DNA of 64,000 bases from an uncultured bacterium. GTDB taxonomy: Bacteria > Zixibacteria > MSB-5A5 > JAABVY01 > JAHJOQ01. The position numbers and the translations under genes were made by a program. The stretch lies in NCBI GenBank assembly GCA_965369655.1, contig CBDUQR010000002.1, forward strand, positions 44,848 to 108,847, in the 5' to 3' direction. The notes under the pieces are model-generated. The model saw only the letters and a program-made list of their open reading frames with translations. It had not been told where the DNA came from and ran no database searches. This document shows positions 63,782 to 64,000 of this stretch, one piece after another (the stretch's first letter is position 1; each line of letters begins with the position of its first letter).

Positions 63782-63971
63782 GTCATTGCGAGTGACCGGA
63801 GGGAGCGTGGCAATCTCATGCATACCAGCCAGTTACCAACCTTCGTCATTCCTGTGTAGGCAGGAATCCAGAACCAGTTGTAGAAAGCGTAAAGGTTACA
63901 GACTGGAAAAGCTTGACTGGACCCCTGCCTCCGCATCGGTCGCCGATCCCGATCCCCGAGGGAGGGGTGAC
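63782..63971. repeat. REP-like palindrome cluster
   Basis: GTCATTGCGAG...GTGGCAATCTC (63782-63817), GTCATTCCTGTGTAGGCAGGAATCCA (63845-63870), and partner TGGACCCCTGCCTCCGC[insert]AGGGGTGAC (63918-63971). Confidence 0.75.
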
Positions 63972-64000
63972 GAATGCGATGTTGCATGCTGTTGTGTCAG

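Overview
64-kb chromosomal window from a diderm bacterium, most likely of the FCB superphylum and probably Zixibacteriota-like. This is inferred from type I dockerin-ended secreted proteins, FlgD-Ig/T9SS-like C-terminal domains, PorX and Tol-Pal. Most of it is housekeeping and envelope genes: pdxST, ligA, tolQRAB-pal-cpoB, ssb, rsmI, lgt, tmk, a CtpA-like protease, a polysaccharide locus, serS and kinase-porX-tsaE. Two real genes are absent from the ORF track: a CHASE-domain sensor running off the left edge, and a 55-aa DUF6760-like gene. Main leads: (1) a 1679-aa cohesin/BACON scaffold-like protein near two paralogous dockerin-bearing beta-propeller proteins; (2) an orphan eCIS/phage tail-assembly-chaperone pair joined by an in-phase G GGA AAA -1 frameshift site; (3) Bacteroidota-type D(S/T)x O-glycosylation sequons enriched in exported proteins, alongside a TMEM260/DUF2723-like transferase; (4) an inositol-lipid gene set with a PfkB kinase; (5) a REP-flanked HEPN gene; (6) nested palindromic repeats and a MITE. 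No rRNA, tRNA, CRISPR array, integrase or transposase was recognised. All family calls come from motif recognition by eye, not database searches.
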